Assembly (NCBI GenBank): GCA_024704765.1
Contig: JAKMXF010000166.1
Location: 1-64,000 of the forward strand
DNA from: Oopsacas minuta
Lineage: Eukaryota > Animalia > Porifera
Length of the DNA: 64,000 nt
Direction: 5' to 3'
Position numbers and translations under genes: made by a program
Shown here: piece by piece, positions 11,258 to 22,011 of the stretch
Layout of the letters: every line of letters starts with the position of its first letter
Position numbering within the stretch: the first letter of the stretch is position 1
The notes under the pieces: generated by a model
What the model saw: the letters and a program-made list of their open reading frames with translations, nothing else
Database searches by the model: none
Told to the model about the DNA's origin: nothing

Positions 11258-11339
11258 CATTGGTTCTAAACCTTTTTTCCCCCGCGGACCTCTTTAGTTC
11301 ATTTTATGGTGTCCGTGGACCCCAGATTGAGAACCACTG
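11258..11339. mobile_element. 82 bp hAT MITE with a perfect 8 bp TSD
   Basis: TIR CA(T/G)TGGTTCT..A, and CCGTAAAT on both flanks (11250-11257, 11340-11347). A related partial copy ends at 9861. Confidence 0.9.
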
Positions 11340-11665
11340 CCGTAAATGTCCTTTTGAAGCAATTTCATAAAAGTTCCATATGATGTTCCTAATGTAAATA
11401 CAATCTTTCAAAAGATGGTATTAAATCATTGAATGAAAAAATTTACGCACAAAGTTCAAATTGATCAACTTCGAACCCGAAACAGATTCCAATTCTGATT
11501 TATACTATACTTCTAGCGAGTATATTCACATCGTGATATTTCATTTAGAATAATTTATCGGTAATTGGAAACTAAGCTCAATCTAATTCTCAAAATACCT
11601 AAATGTGTTCCTATCTTAGCTTAGCTATTCCATATCATTATTATGTGTAACGTGATACAAAATAC

Positions 11666-12674
11666 ATTAAAGCCTAATTACTTATAGCCCTGCTATTTAT
11701 TGAGATTTATTCTTTCTTAGTTTCACAGAGAGATTATCGATAATATTTGTTAGTTTGAATTATATTCTTAAACAACAAGCAGGTTACTTATTTTCTATTC
11801 TTTGATATTTATTTCACAAATACTTATTTTAGTATATTCTAGTTACTTATATATTACATCAATTGTTATTTCCCTCAAATTTGTATTTCTATTAATCGAC
11901 GTGACAAGAGTTTAGTAATGAAATTGCTTGTGCACGCTGTCCTGTCCAAGGAATTCTAGTAGTGGATCCAAGAATTCTTGAATGAGGGATAATCATCCAG
12001 CTGGTAGTTTGGTTCCCTGCAATCCTGCAGTTGCAACCTCGTATGCAACATTAATAGATTAAACCCTTGTTTCTTGCAATGTACCTTTACAATGTAACGA
12101 TTGTAACAAATACGTTGTCAGGGTTGGAGCATATAAGGATATAAAATAATCATATTATAGCCAATCATTTAAACACTAGACCACTCTAGTCACGTATAGA
12201 CTACAGAGATGGAACCGGTCAAGGTTGACCGGGCGAGCGAGATGGTTAATGGTTATAGAATGAACATTTTACCTTAGGTACTTCAATTATTATTGCATTC
12301 TTGGTATTTTAATTATTTTTGAATCGTAACTATTCTTTAGCACTATTTTACTGGTCCGGCTACACTTATAGTGGGACAGTATTGAAATGACTGCCTTTAT
12401 ATTTTTAGTGCAGTTCGTAAAAGGAGTTGCCTTAATGGCATGGATGATGTGCGGCGTCCATCCGTCCGTGCGCAGCCGTGCGAAATCTAATAGTTCAATT
12501 ATGAAACATGCAAATTGGCATACATATACATTTGAGTTGGAGAATTGCACATCGGGTATGAATTATTTTCTAAAGTGAATATTTCACACCTTTTGGTGAG
12601 TAATCAGATTTTCACACCTTTATATGTAGAATACAAAAGCAAGCTAGAGATTAGGTTTCAGAATGTTGACAGGG
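11666..12674. repeat. ~1 kb direct repeat, copy B, ending exactly at an N
   Basis: Matches 1-1008 up to GTTGACAGGG. The next base (12675) is N and the similarity stops there. Confidence 0.95.
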
Positions 12675-12675
12675 N
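12675..12675. other. N base, probable scaffold join
   Basis: Single n, with an abrupt change of sequence context on either side. Confidence 0.7.
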
Positions 12676-12765
12676 GCTTATACTGACACGAATTAGTATA
12701 GATAGTAAAGGAAACATAATTCCTTAAATTCAAATCACTTACGTTTGTTATAACATTAAATAGAG

Positions 12766-13144
12766 GGACTAGTATCTGGTAATCTCGGGCCCTGGAAGTT
12801 GGGTCCATTTGTAATTCGAATTTGGTAAAGTTAGACACAAAAAATGTATTATTGTCAAATGGAAAGTCATAGTTAGATAGTCAATTGGTCATAGGTTTCA
12901 CGATAATACATTACATACATCTAGCTAGGAATAATGAAGAGATGTGAACTATTACAATAGTGGGAAAAGGTGTGAAAACCGGATAATTCGCATTCCACAA
13001 ATATTCTGGAAAATATTATGACCAATTGACTCCCTAACTATGACTTCCTATTCGACAATAATACATTTTATGTGTCTAACTTTACCAAATTCGAATTACT
13101 AATGGACCGAAGTTCCAGGTCTCGAGATTCCCAGATACTAGTCC
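12766..13144. repeat. Foldback element with ~128 bp inverted arms
   Basis: 12766-12893 (GGACTAGTATCTGG...GGTCATA) is the reverse complement, with mismatches, of 13017-13144 (TATGACC...CCAGATACTAGTCC). Spacer ~120 bp. Confidence 0.85.
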
Positions 13145-14503
13145 TTCTCCTTTAGTACTTAAGGAGTTTAAGGGATAATGTATGATTTCACTGTATGGTT
13201 TTTAAGTTACATGAATATCTCATATTGAGAATACTTACAGATTGTTCATACACAAGTTATATTATAATATTTTCATTACCATCTCTACCACAGACATATA
13301 CAAATTATTCGGGGCACGCTCTTAGCGCTCCTCCTCAAATTATATTACGTTTAATCAGTAAATTTGATTATAGTTTAGGGAAAGATACTCAATTTCCACG
13401 CTCCTAAATATGATTTCATCAAAATCATACGTCTAGAGATGCGTCCTACGCTCCTAGACAATTCCTTGATCTCTACATAATTTCAATTGTTCAAGAATTC
13501 TCAAAGATAACTACCTTCCTAACTTTTCACAAATGAGAATTGATCGATTATCTTCTAATCTTAGGAGGGCAGGCATTCAGTGTCAATCACTTTTGAATCG
13601 ATTACCCGCACTAAATTTTATTCAATTGGTTCTGTTTTAAGGAAGAAATCAGCATTAAAGTAGGCCCCTTCAGGAACCAATGAGTACGTACTACCCGAGT
13701 ATACGTCTTATCTGAGCTCTACTGACTACTGTATATGCTATTGATTGTATCCTAAGTTTAATTTGTACAATTCTTTAGATTAAATCAGTATTTTCATGAT
13801 TGGATTTTTGTTTAGGGAAATGGAGTGTACGTTTTGTTTCTTTCAACGGACTATTACTTAAGATTTCTCTTTGTTTTTCAAGTCTCTCTACTCCTGTCTC
13901 TAATTATTTTCAAGATATTTCAATGGAAAGTTTCAATAAGTCTATCTATCCAAGCACACAAGAGACAAGATATTGTATGAAGTTGAAGAAATAATTGTTT
14001 ATTTGAAATATTTATTGTTACACTCTATTGAACTATCAAATTTTCACTCGAGAAGTTACACAAATGTTCTTATATCTTCCACATTCTATTAGTATCCAGG
14101 ACTCTACTCTACCAGATTGAACCACAATTATAAATGATATATCAGCCACTACTTCAAATTCTTTGAGGTTGGTTCTTAACTTCTCTTACGGCTATTAATG
14201 TACAGTAGTCAGTAGGCATCGGATATTTAGAACGGTTATAACATTGCAAGGAAAATCCAGCTGTACTACATAATTAATGGAAGTTAATCAATTATTTTAT
14301 CAATTCAAATTTGGTCATAGGATCCCGTCGGCCGTCCGTCGTAGAATTGTCATTCTTAAAATACGATCATTTATTTACTTATAATTGCACATTATGTATT
14401 TATCCCCAACTTAATTCCTGCAATTATCCATTATCAATGCGAAAGTAATTACGTATTCTAATTAAGAGGACTTGACTTTGGTAAGGGTGTTCGCCTATTA
14501 GCT

Positions 14504-14970
14504 AATCTATATTATTAAATCTCAATTGTTGTATGTCTGTTTGTTTGTTTGTCCGTTGTCAAGGAAAGGATTTAAGGTATGCAATTTTGAAATTGTCGCA
14601 TAACTATGTATTTATCGTGTTTATCAAGAAAGTAAATAGAATTCAATAAAACTTCACTAAATATATCGAATATACTGAATCCGATTTTCACACTTTTGGA
14701 TTAATCATATGTAAATTTATTGTTGTTTTTATGTATATAAAGTAAACAAATTATCCAAATCTCAAAATATACGTACAGGCTTGCTTTCAACGGCTACAAA
14801 AGTATCTTACAAAATAATTCAATAACATATATGCCATATACGTATATTTGTGAATACATTGTTCTAAATATATCTATATTATAATACTCAAAGGGTCCGT
14901 CAATTTGGAGAATAATGGATACCTCAAGGCGCATTGCGCTGAGTTCATCGCTTCGCGATGAACTCGCTCG
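14504..14970 (-). mobile_element. Helentron/DINE-1-like non-autonomous repeat (family H), reverse copy
   Basis: Shares the terminal hairpin block, the GACAAACAAAC microsatellite and the GAGATTTAATAATATAGATT end with 38981-39611 and 62524-63257. The superfamily call is inferred. Confidence 0.6.
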
Positions 14971-15831
14971 TTAAATTATATATCTCACCGCTGATGTCAC
15001 TCCACTTATCATAGAAACGAGAAGAGGATTCCAACAATTTCTACAAATTACCAACAACACAAACCTATTCTTGGTACAACTGCTGCAGTCTATACCCTCA
15101 CATTACGATATATTTTACCATAACGGCTTAACAGATAGGAGAGTAACAAACGAGGGAATGCTAGTATCATAACTATCATATGACCTTATTATTACTGTTG
15201 ATACACGCTGTCATTCTGGTCCCGGACCCATCAAAGTGTTACAATACCGTCACCCCTCACCCCAACCCTATATCATACACATTTACTATTTACGAGCCTT
15301 TGGCTCGTCGCTTCGGATGAACTCGGCGCATTGCGCCTCGAGGTATTCACCGGACAAACAACAATTAAGATTTAATAATATTGATGTTGTTTACAATATT
15401 CAGACTCAGCATACTCTATTACCCCAGGATAGTCGTTGAAAGTATGATTCTACCTCAATTATGAAATTTGTTTACTTTATATTCATAAAAACAATAACAA
15501 ATTTACATATTAGAAACTTGAAAATGCGAAATTCGGAATCAGCATACTCGATTACCCAAATTTAATTGTTTGCTCTTCCTATATCATTAACAGAATGATA
15601 TGTTATCCCCTTTATTATATACGCAGATTATCTTCCCCTATCATTATAATACAAAGTGAACAAATAAACAAATACCCCCCCCCTCCACAATAATTGAGTT
15701 TTAATAATATAGATATTCCAATGAGTGAGTTTAATTCAAACCAGTGTGTTGTACGATATATACAAGCATATGTGTGAATCCATGCAATAAATAAATAAAA
15801 ATCTAAATGAACTTAAAAGTTATAGAAGCAG

Positions 15832-16671
15832 TTAGTTATGTTCCTTACTATATAGAGCTTCATCCGCACTATGAAAAGATTCTGTATCAGAATCTGGATT
15901 ATCTACTAATATTTCTTTCTCTTGTAGACAATTTGGAGGTGGAGGAAATCCCCATTTTGACAAGAGAGCTGGATCTGCGTAATTCTGTATTGTCCGATGT
16001 TCTTCAAATCTCCACGGTTTATACTCTGGGTTATGTGTGCTCTTCCATTCTTCATACCCCTCAACAGCTCCGTACATGTTACGGAACGCCCCGGGAGCTA
16101 AATATGTTCCTACCTTGTTACACAACCACTGAGGTAGAGCTACTCTCATATCAGAATGTGATAAGAATGTAGCTATACAGCCTTCTTCTACATTAGCTAC
16201 ATGATAACCAGTAATCAGAGATATACCTCTAACTACACCGGATACTGGAGGATGAGAAGGAATCTCTACAGAATGGTTCATTACTATGCAACCATCTGAT
16301 ATATTCTTCCAAGTACGCTGAAATACAAAATCTCTGTTCTGGAAAGGAAATGGACACTTTAAACAGTAATATCCTATAGCGGAGTTTTTGTCCAAATAAC
16401 ATATGTCATATAATTCTACTGCTACCTCATCCCAAATACGACGATACTCGTCATCACAGAGACAATCAAATATGACGTCAGCAGACTTTCCTCTCACAAG
16501 TCCTCGTGCTCGTAGACACTTAGTAGTAGAGCCAGGGAAGTTACGACTGTGTACAGTTACATCTTCATTGAAATGTAATTCCCATCCTTCCTCATTATGA
16601 CATAGAGAACGGAAGTACTCAAAGTCTTCAGGCTTGGCAGGGACTATTGACTGACCGAGATTTATTTCCAT
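15832..16671 (-). CDS. STARD10: START-domain lipid-transfer protein, STARD10/PCTP-like, 279 aa
   Basis: DDEYRRIWD, GYYCLKCPFPFQNRDFV, MNHSVEIPSHPP..VVRGISLITGY, LPQWLCNK..YLAP, YEEWKSTHNPEYKPW are collinear with STARD10. Intronless. Confidence 0.9.
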   Translation of the reverse strand: MEINLGQSIVPAKPEDFEYFRSLCHNEEGWELHFNEDVTVHSRNFPGSTTKCLRARGLVRGKSADVIFDCLCDDEYRRIWDEVAVELYDICYLDKNSAIGYYCLKCPFPFQNRDFVFQRTWKNISDGCIVMNHSVEIPSHPPVSGVVRGISLITGYHVANVEEGCIATFLSHSDMRVALPQWLCNKVGTYLAPGAFRNMYGAVEGYEEWKSTHNPEYKPWRFEEHRTIQNYADPALLSKWGFPPPPNCLQEKEILVDNPDSDTESFHSADEALYSKEHN

Positions 16672-17289
16672 TCAATATTTTTATTCACAAACATATATAT
16701 TTATTCCCTAGAGAATATAAATAATAAATCAGAAAATAACTTAATAAATATGGAAATACATTACATGGCTTGTAAATGATTAGCTTATTTCAGCCAAAAT
16801 GCGCACTGGTCAGGCATTCATTATTACGAGCGCGCTTCGCTTGCTCGTGCTACGCGGTTGCAAACACTTCCTGTCCGCACTCGGGCCTACGGCCTTCGAG
16901 TACATAAACTCATAATCTTAACCGTAGAAAACATGATACTGCTATAATCTATAAATCAGCTTACTTTATGTCCCCAAAAGTGAACAAATATTTAGGAAAT
17001 GTTGTTTACAATATCATATTTGGACTCAGCATACTCGATTACCTCAGTATAGTGTTCTTTTGTTGTTATGTTGTGTTATGTTTTGTTCTGGACTTTATGA
17101 ACTGAACCTATATGTTCTCTATATATGGGAGCGTAACAGACACACACAAAGACACAAATTGAGTTTTAATAATAAATATAATCTCATTATTAGTACTCAT
17201 AAGAAACGTATATTTGGTCCATTACAATCATTGAATTTGCCTGAATTGATTGTAGAATGTTTTAAAAGCAGACTGGTGATAAACACAGC

Positions 17290-17316
17290 CTAGCTAGCTA
17301 GCTAGCTAGCTAGCTA
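17290..17316. repeat. (TAGC)n self-complementary microsatellite
   Basis: CTAGCTAGCTAGCTAGCTAGCTAGCTA, about 370 nt downstream of the Islet stop codon. Confidence 0.95.
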
Positions 17317-17689
17317 ACCAATTAATTCTCGAATTTAGTTTGTGTGATGACAAATTCTCCATAGTCCCGGACTGCTGGTATTGCTTTTTAAAAATCCTAA
17401 ACAGACTGATAGTATCAAATGAAATATTGTACCATGGATAACAACTACATTTCCAAGTTATGGTTCGCATATGGAATTCGAAATCAAAGGGGTAGAGGTA
17501 CAATATATAATACACAAATACGATAGGAGCTTTTGACAACAGGAATTATTTAATACAATTATTGCAACAATAATATACAAGACGTATCAGCCAGTATTAA
17601 TTAGAATAATTCAATTAATAAAGCAGCCAAGCATGCTCCGCGATTAGCTGCATACATAATTACACATAATACTACATATTAGATAATAA

Positions 17690-18631
17690 CTAAGGTTTCT
17701 CGGCAGATGAAGTGAGATTAGCGGGCTGAGTGAAAATATCTACAGGGTCACTCCAGGGACTGAAAGGCTGATCGTCTTGTCCACACGGGAACCCCAAGTA
17801 TGCGTCAGCTGAGAATGGTTGTGTTTCTGGAGAGCTGGTCTTATCATTCACCCCTTTACCTCTCTCCTCATGTTGCAGTGATGACTTAGGGAGAGATGAT
17901 ATACTCTGGCTACTCTTCCTTTGATCCATCAGCACTTTCTTCTTGTCTTTACAACGTTTGTTCTGGAACCATACTCTAATAACTCTAGAACGGAGTCCTG
18001 TTAGCTCTACCAGCTGATCCTTCATCACAGCATCAGGACGTGCATTAGTTGCATAGTATTGTCTTAATACACTCAGCTGCTGCTCGTTAAGAACAGTCCT
18101 AACACGAGTCTGTTTCTCCTGCTGTGTACGAATACCTGTAGAACTCTTATGAGGTTTATTGCTGGTAGTCTGGCTGAGAGATGAGGAACTGCTTGATGTA
18201 GAGGTGTGTGGGGAGAATGCCTCCTCCTTTATATCATGGATACTACACATGTTGAAATGATCCTCGTTACAGAATAAAGCTGCGTGAGATATGACGAATG
18301 GAGACTTAGGATTGATAGCAGCTTGACAGCTGTCACACCTGAAACATCTGTCATGATAATACATACTCTTAACACGAAACGCTTCCTCTTCGTAATCAAA
18401 CAGCTGTCCACACCTGACACATCTCTTACAGAATAATTGTGTATAATCAGTCTTACAGTATACTTTATTCTCCTCTATGTAGCAGGTGGTATCTTCCTCC
18501 AGCTCGATACCGCACTGGTGACACTTCAGACATGCAGGGTGACACTCTATGTCAGGTGATATCCGCTTTATTGTGTGATCTGATGACGTAGTTTGGTTGC
18601 AAACATAGCAGGCAGGATTTAATGAGGCCAT
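17690..18631 (-). CDS. Isl: Islet-class LIM-homeodomain transcription factor, 313 aa
   Basis: Two LIM domains plus homeodomain TRVRTVLNEQQLSVLRQYYATNARPDAVMKDQLVELTGLRSRVIRVWFQNKRCKDKKK, carrying the Islet-diagnostic RVRTVLNE and WFQNKRCKDKK. First ATG at 18631. A possible splice acceptor lies 19 nt upstream. Confidence 0.97.
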   Translation of the reverse strand: MASLNPACYVCNQTTSSDHTIKRISPDIECHPACLKCHQCGIELEEDTTCYIEENKVYCKTDYTQLFCKRCVRCGQLFDYEEEAFRVKSMYYHDRCFRCDSCQAAINPKSPFVISHAALFCNEDHFNMCSIHDIKEEAFSPHTSTSSSSSSLSQTTSNKPHKSSTGIRTQQEKQTRVRTVLNEQQLSVLRQYYATNARPDAVMKDQLVELTGLRSRVIRVWFQNKRCKDKKKVLMDQRKSSQSISSLPKSSLQHEERGKGVNDKTSSPETQPFSADAYLGFPCGQDDQPFSPWSDPVDIFTQPANLTSSAEKP

Positions 18632-19637
18632 TATCACGTTAATAACATTCCTAACAGTAAAAACAATTCATATTATATATACGTGTATTGTAGAATAGTG
18701 ATATCTGACCGGTTTGTTGATTGTTTGTGTGTATGTACATTGTTGGGATTTAGTTTGTCAATACTCGACAACAATGAAATATGTTTATGGCTTATTAATT
18801 TACTCTCGCATGATTTACCTTTGCAAAATCTTAACTCAGGAATTCTATAATCACACGAACGGAACTGCTATAATCAGTTAGATAAATATTACTTGTATGT
18901 TTTGTGAATTATTAATTATTAATTATCGCAATTCTATGGGAAAATACCTCAACATAATATGAATAATTTATTTAGCTGACAAGATATGTAAATATTCAAA
19001 ATAATCCAAGCTGATTTATGACTTACCAAAAATGGCATATTTATAGTTACAGGGTTATTCCATTACGAATAATAAATTGCTCTAGTGTTTAATTGAATAA
19101 CTAATTGAGCAGACAATCTTGGATACAATAACCTGAGTACTTACAGTTAGACTTAACAACTTGTCTCTTAACTAACAATAAGATATACTGGGAAAATACA
19201 AAAACGAAGGATAATGTTAATTAATTGAAAGAGCTTTTGTTTAATTAATTAATATCTCAATTAGTCCATTAATAATCTCACTACAGTGATGGGTCATAAT
19301 AGTCACGCTTGGCTAAGAGCATTAGTTTAATTGTATAAGGGGAATATGTAACTATAATGGGGGGAATCTGAACTATAATATTAAACAAGTTTGTCATGAT
19401 TCCATCAAATTGAGAGTGAAAGGAAAATGGAATTAAATTAATATTTGGCTATTGTCTTAACAGATATCAATATGGAGCTAGTGATGTATAATTTCCATTT
19501 GAATACTCGTATTAATGAATAAATTCTCAATCTATTGCCATATATTGATGTATAGGGCTTGAAAGCTCAAACTTACAGTCGTGACTCGTTAGGTTATAGT
19601 TAATCATGACTGTAGGCTTCAGCTTTCAAAGTAATTA

Positions 19638-19720
19638 CAGTGGAACCTCGTTAATACGAATTTCCGGATAAAACGAAAAATTGACTGTTCGTTGGTGTTT
19701 GTATTAACGAGGTTACAATG
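19638..19720. mobile_element. ~83 bp pogo-type MITE (family M2)
   Basis: TA-CAGTGGAACCTCGTTAATAC...GTATTAACGAGGTTACAATG-TA. Second copy at 20036-20119, and a partial end near 43690. Confidence 0.85.
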
Positions 19721-19773
19721 TATAGGGAAAAATATTATTTATCATATTCATTACCCTGACCACACCATGGCAT

Positions 19774-19914
19774 CAGTGTTGCAGCGGTCTAGGAATTTCA
19801 TGGACCGGACCGAACCGTCATTGTTGTTTTCTGGACGGTCCGAACCGTTAGTTCGCTAATTTGACAGGTCCAGACCCCATTTGAGAAAAAGCGGACCGGA
19901 CCGCTGCATCTCTG
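19774..19914. mobile_element. 141 bp hAT MITE
   Basis: TIR CAGTGTTGCAGCGGTC / GACCGCTGCATCTCTG, 8 bp TSD CATGGCAT/CATGACAT, internal GGACCG subterminal repeats. Confidence 0.85.
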
Positions 19915-20035
19915 CATGACATACATAAACTGCAGTAAATGTGAGAATTCCAAAAGAACAGAAGGCATTTTCAAATTTCAGTTAAACCTGATGCTCATAT
20001 TATTTTATAATTGGACTTTCTAGGGTTTCCGTATA

Positions 20036-20119
20036 TAGTGGAACCTCGTTAATAGGGCTCCGGATAAGGTGAACAAGATTTTATCGTCCGTTGGTGTTCG
20101 TATTAACGAGGTTCTACTG
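20036..20119. mobile_element. MITE family M2 copy
   Basis: TAGTGGAACCTCGTTAATA...TATTAACGAGGTTCTACTG, flanked by TA. Confidence 0.85.
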
Positions 20120-20324
20120 TATGAGGAATTGATTTAGACTTTAAGAGTACTTAGCAAATAAAACACAGTAGAACCTCACAAAGTAGGGTATTGGTCAGAA
20201 GTTGGTTTTGGGGTTCATCGATGGAAATTTCGTCCAAATTCAATTAGAAATTCCCAATTTGGTGTGCTTAGTCTTTCAAATGCTTCCAGGACACCTCATC
20301 TTGTATTTTTGGAGGTTCTGTATA

Positions 20325-20510
20325 CAGTGGAGTCTCCCAAAACGGACACTCTGAGAAGCGGACAACCCCTTTCAACAGTCAAACCTTCTGGCACGGATTG
20401 AATTTGCCAAGCATGTAATTAATACTTAAGCAGTCTCCAAGGAGCGGACAATTCTCTACAACGGACAGATATCATGTCCCCAACGTGTCTGTTATTCGGA
20501 GACTCCACTG
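20325..20510 (+). mobile_element. MITE family M1 copy (partial 3' copy also at ~20690-20771)
   Basis: CAGTGGAGTCTCC...GGAGACTCCACTG with the same internal sequence as 8886-9071. Confidence 0.9.
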
Positions 20511-21625
20511 TTTATAGAGCATAAAGCAATGCCAATATGCTTACATTACTCATCAGTCATCACTCAATATTATATTAATCCTCATCACAGTATAATAAAA
20601 CTTGTGACTTCTCCCGTAACTATTCAACTTTAGTACATGTAAAACTGCATTCAAAATGATACATATTAGGTGTTTTGATAAAAAGATGGACCAGTCTTCG
20701 AGAAGCGGACAATTCTATACAATGGACAGAAGCCATGTCACCAACGTGTCTGTTATTCGGAGACTCCACTGTATACCAATATCAACCTGTAAATCCTAAC
20801 TATATACAGACAGTGCGACCTGGTAACAACAGCCACCCAAAGAACAAGTCATATATCATAACTCTTGCTATTAGTGTTTGGGTAGACTTTTGTTTGGAAT
20901 ATATTCCCTGAGTCATATAAATCAGATTTGTACTAGACTTGTCAATGACCCACAAACATAGTGTTTTGTTAGTTCTCCCGAAGCATGAAAATACGAACAC
21001 GCTATCTGTCACCTGGAGGAACTTCCTATAATTCAGATTGTATCAGGGTGTCATCTGCTCGTGGTTAGAAGCTGAGAGTCATGGGATAGAGCTTAAACTT
21101 TTACGATCTACTAAGTAGGATTGGCCCAAAATCTCAAATTGAATATTCTATCCTAACCAGTTTCAGGCGGTTATATTGAATCAGAACCAAATCTTCAGTC
21201 TCTTTTTCTGTTATAACTACTTCAGATGTAACCTGACTTGATAAGTTAGTATAATAAATATTCCTAATTCACAAAGTAAATAAGATTAATAGAGTGGAAG
21301 CGCCTCACCATGAATAGTAGCTGAGCGAATATAAACTTGTATCAGTATTGAAATGGATAAGAACTAGATAATCACATGCCAACTGTCAGAGTTTATCTAG
21401 GAGAGCAATCCCCTCTAACGTACACGTGCTTCTGTGGCGTTGAAAGTGAAGTATTGGACCTAGAAGCCCGAAAACCCCCCACGCCACTGGGGATGATTAC
21501 CAGAGGGGCTACTATTCAAGCAAATCCGGTACTTTTGCTAATAATAAGGCAGATTGTTTAATAATAGGTACAGGAATTATTTAGTAATGACAACATTTTA
21601 CAAATTAAACACAAGTACAAGAAAT

Positions 21626-21822
21626 TTATGATTCAAAGCTGAGTATAGGCTGTATATTGACTGGCTGTATTTGTCGTTTATATCCTGAATCTCTGAGTAA
21701 CATCTCATCCTCCTCATCACTATACTCCTGGTCCATGTGATAGAGAGGGAGGAGTTGCTGTTTGAGACGTCTCTGGCGTCCCACACGGATGAGACAGGCG
21801 AATAGGAAGAAACATATACAAA
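21626..21822 (-). CDS. Probable last exon of a membrane protein (end of TM segment plus cytoplasmic tail), partial
   Basis: CICFFLFACLI-RVGRQRR-...YSDEEDEMLL...stop: hydrophobic stretch, basic stop-transfer cluster, acidic dileucine motif. More GC-rich than the flanks. Interrupted by N at 21823. Confidence 0.55.
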
Positions 21823-21937
21823 NTAAACCAATTTTATTTATGCTAGAATTAACCAAACGAATTCAGACAAGAAATTAGTTCAATTATTTAGCCATTTAAA
21901 ACCTGTTAAATAATTAACAAAAATTGACCAATCAAAA

Positions 21938-22011
21938 GTGGAGCGAAATGTCGTGGAACGAAATGTCTGGAACGAAATGTCGTGGAACGAAATGTTGTGG
22001 AACGAAATGTC
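21938..22011 (+). repeat. 15 bp minisatellite, about 5 copies
   Basis: Head-to-tail GTGGAACGAAATGTC units with no spacers. Confidence 0.95.

Noticed and set aside
15807-16600. Plus-strand ORFs of 121 and 65 aa
   Set aside because: Antisense to the STARD10-like CDS.
15832-18631. STARD10-Islet adjacency as conserved microsynteny
   Set aside because: I know of no conserved linkage, and it cannot be tested from this window.
18780-19450. Many TAAT/ATTA motifs upstream of Islet as autoregulatory homeodomain sites
   Set aside because: Expected by chance in DNA this AT-rich; enrichment cannot be shown without a background model.
20800-21012. Exon-like minus-strand frame after a CCTCCAG acceptor
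   Set aside because: No recognisable homology and no joinable partner exon.
21938-22011. Possible CRISPR array
   Set aside because: The units are contiguous with no unique spacers, there are no cas genes, and the context is eukaryotic.
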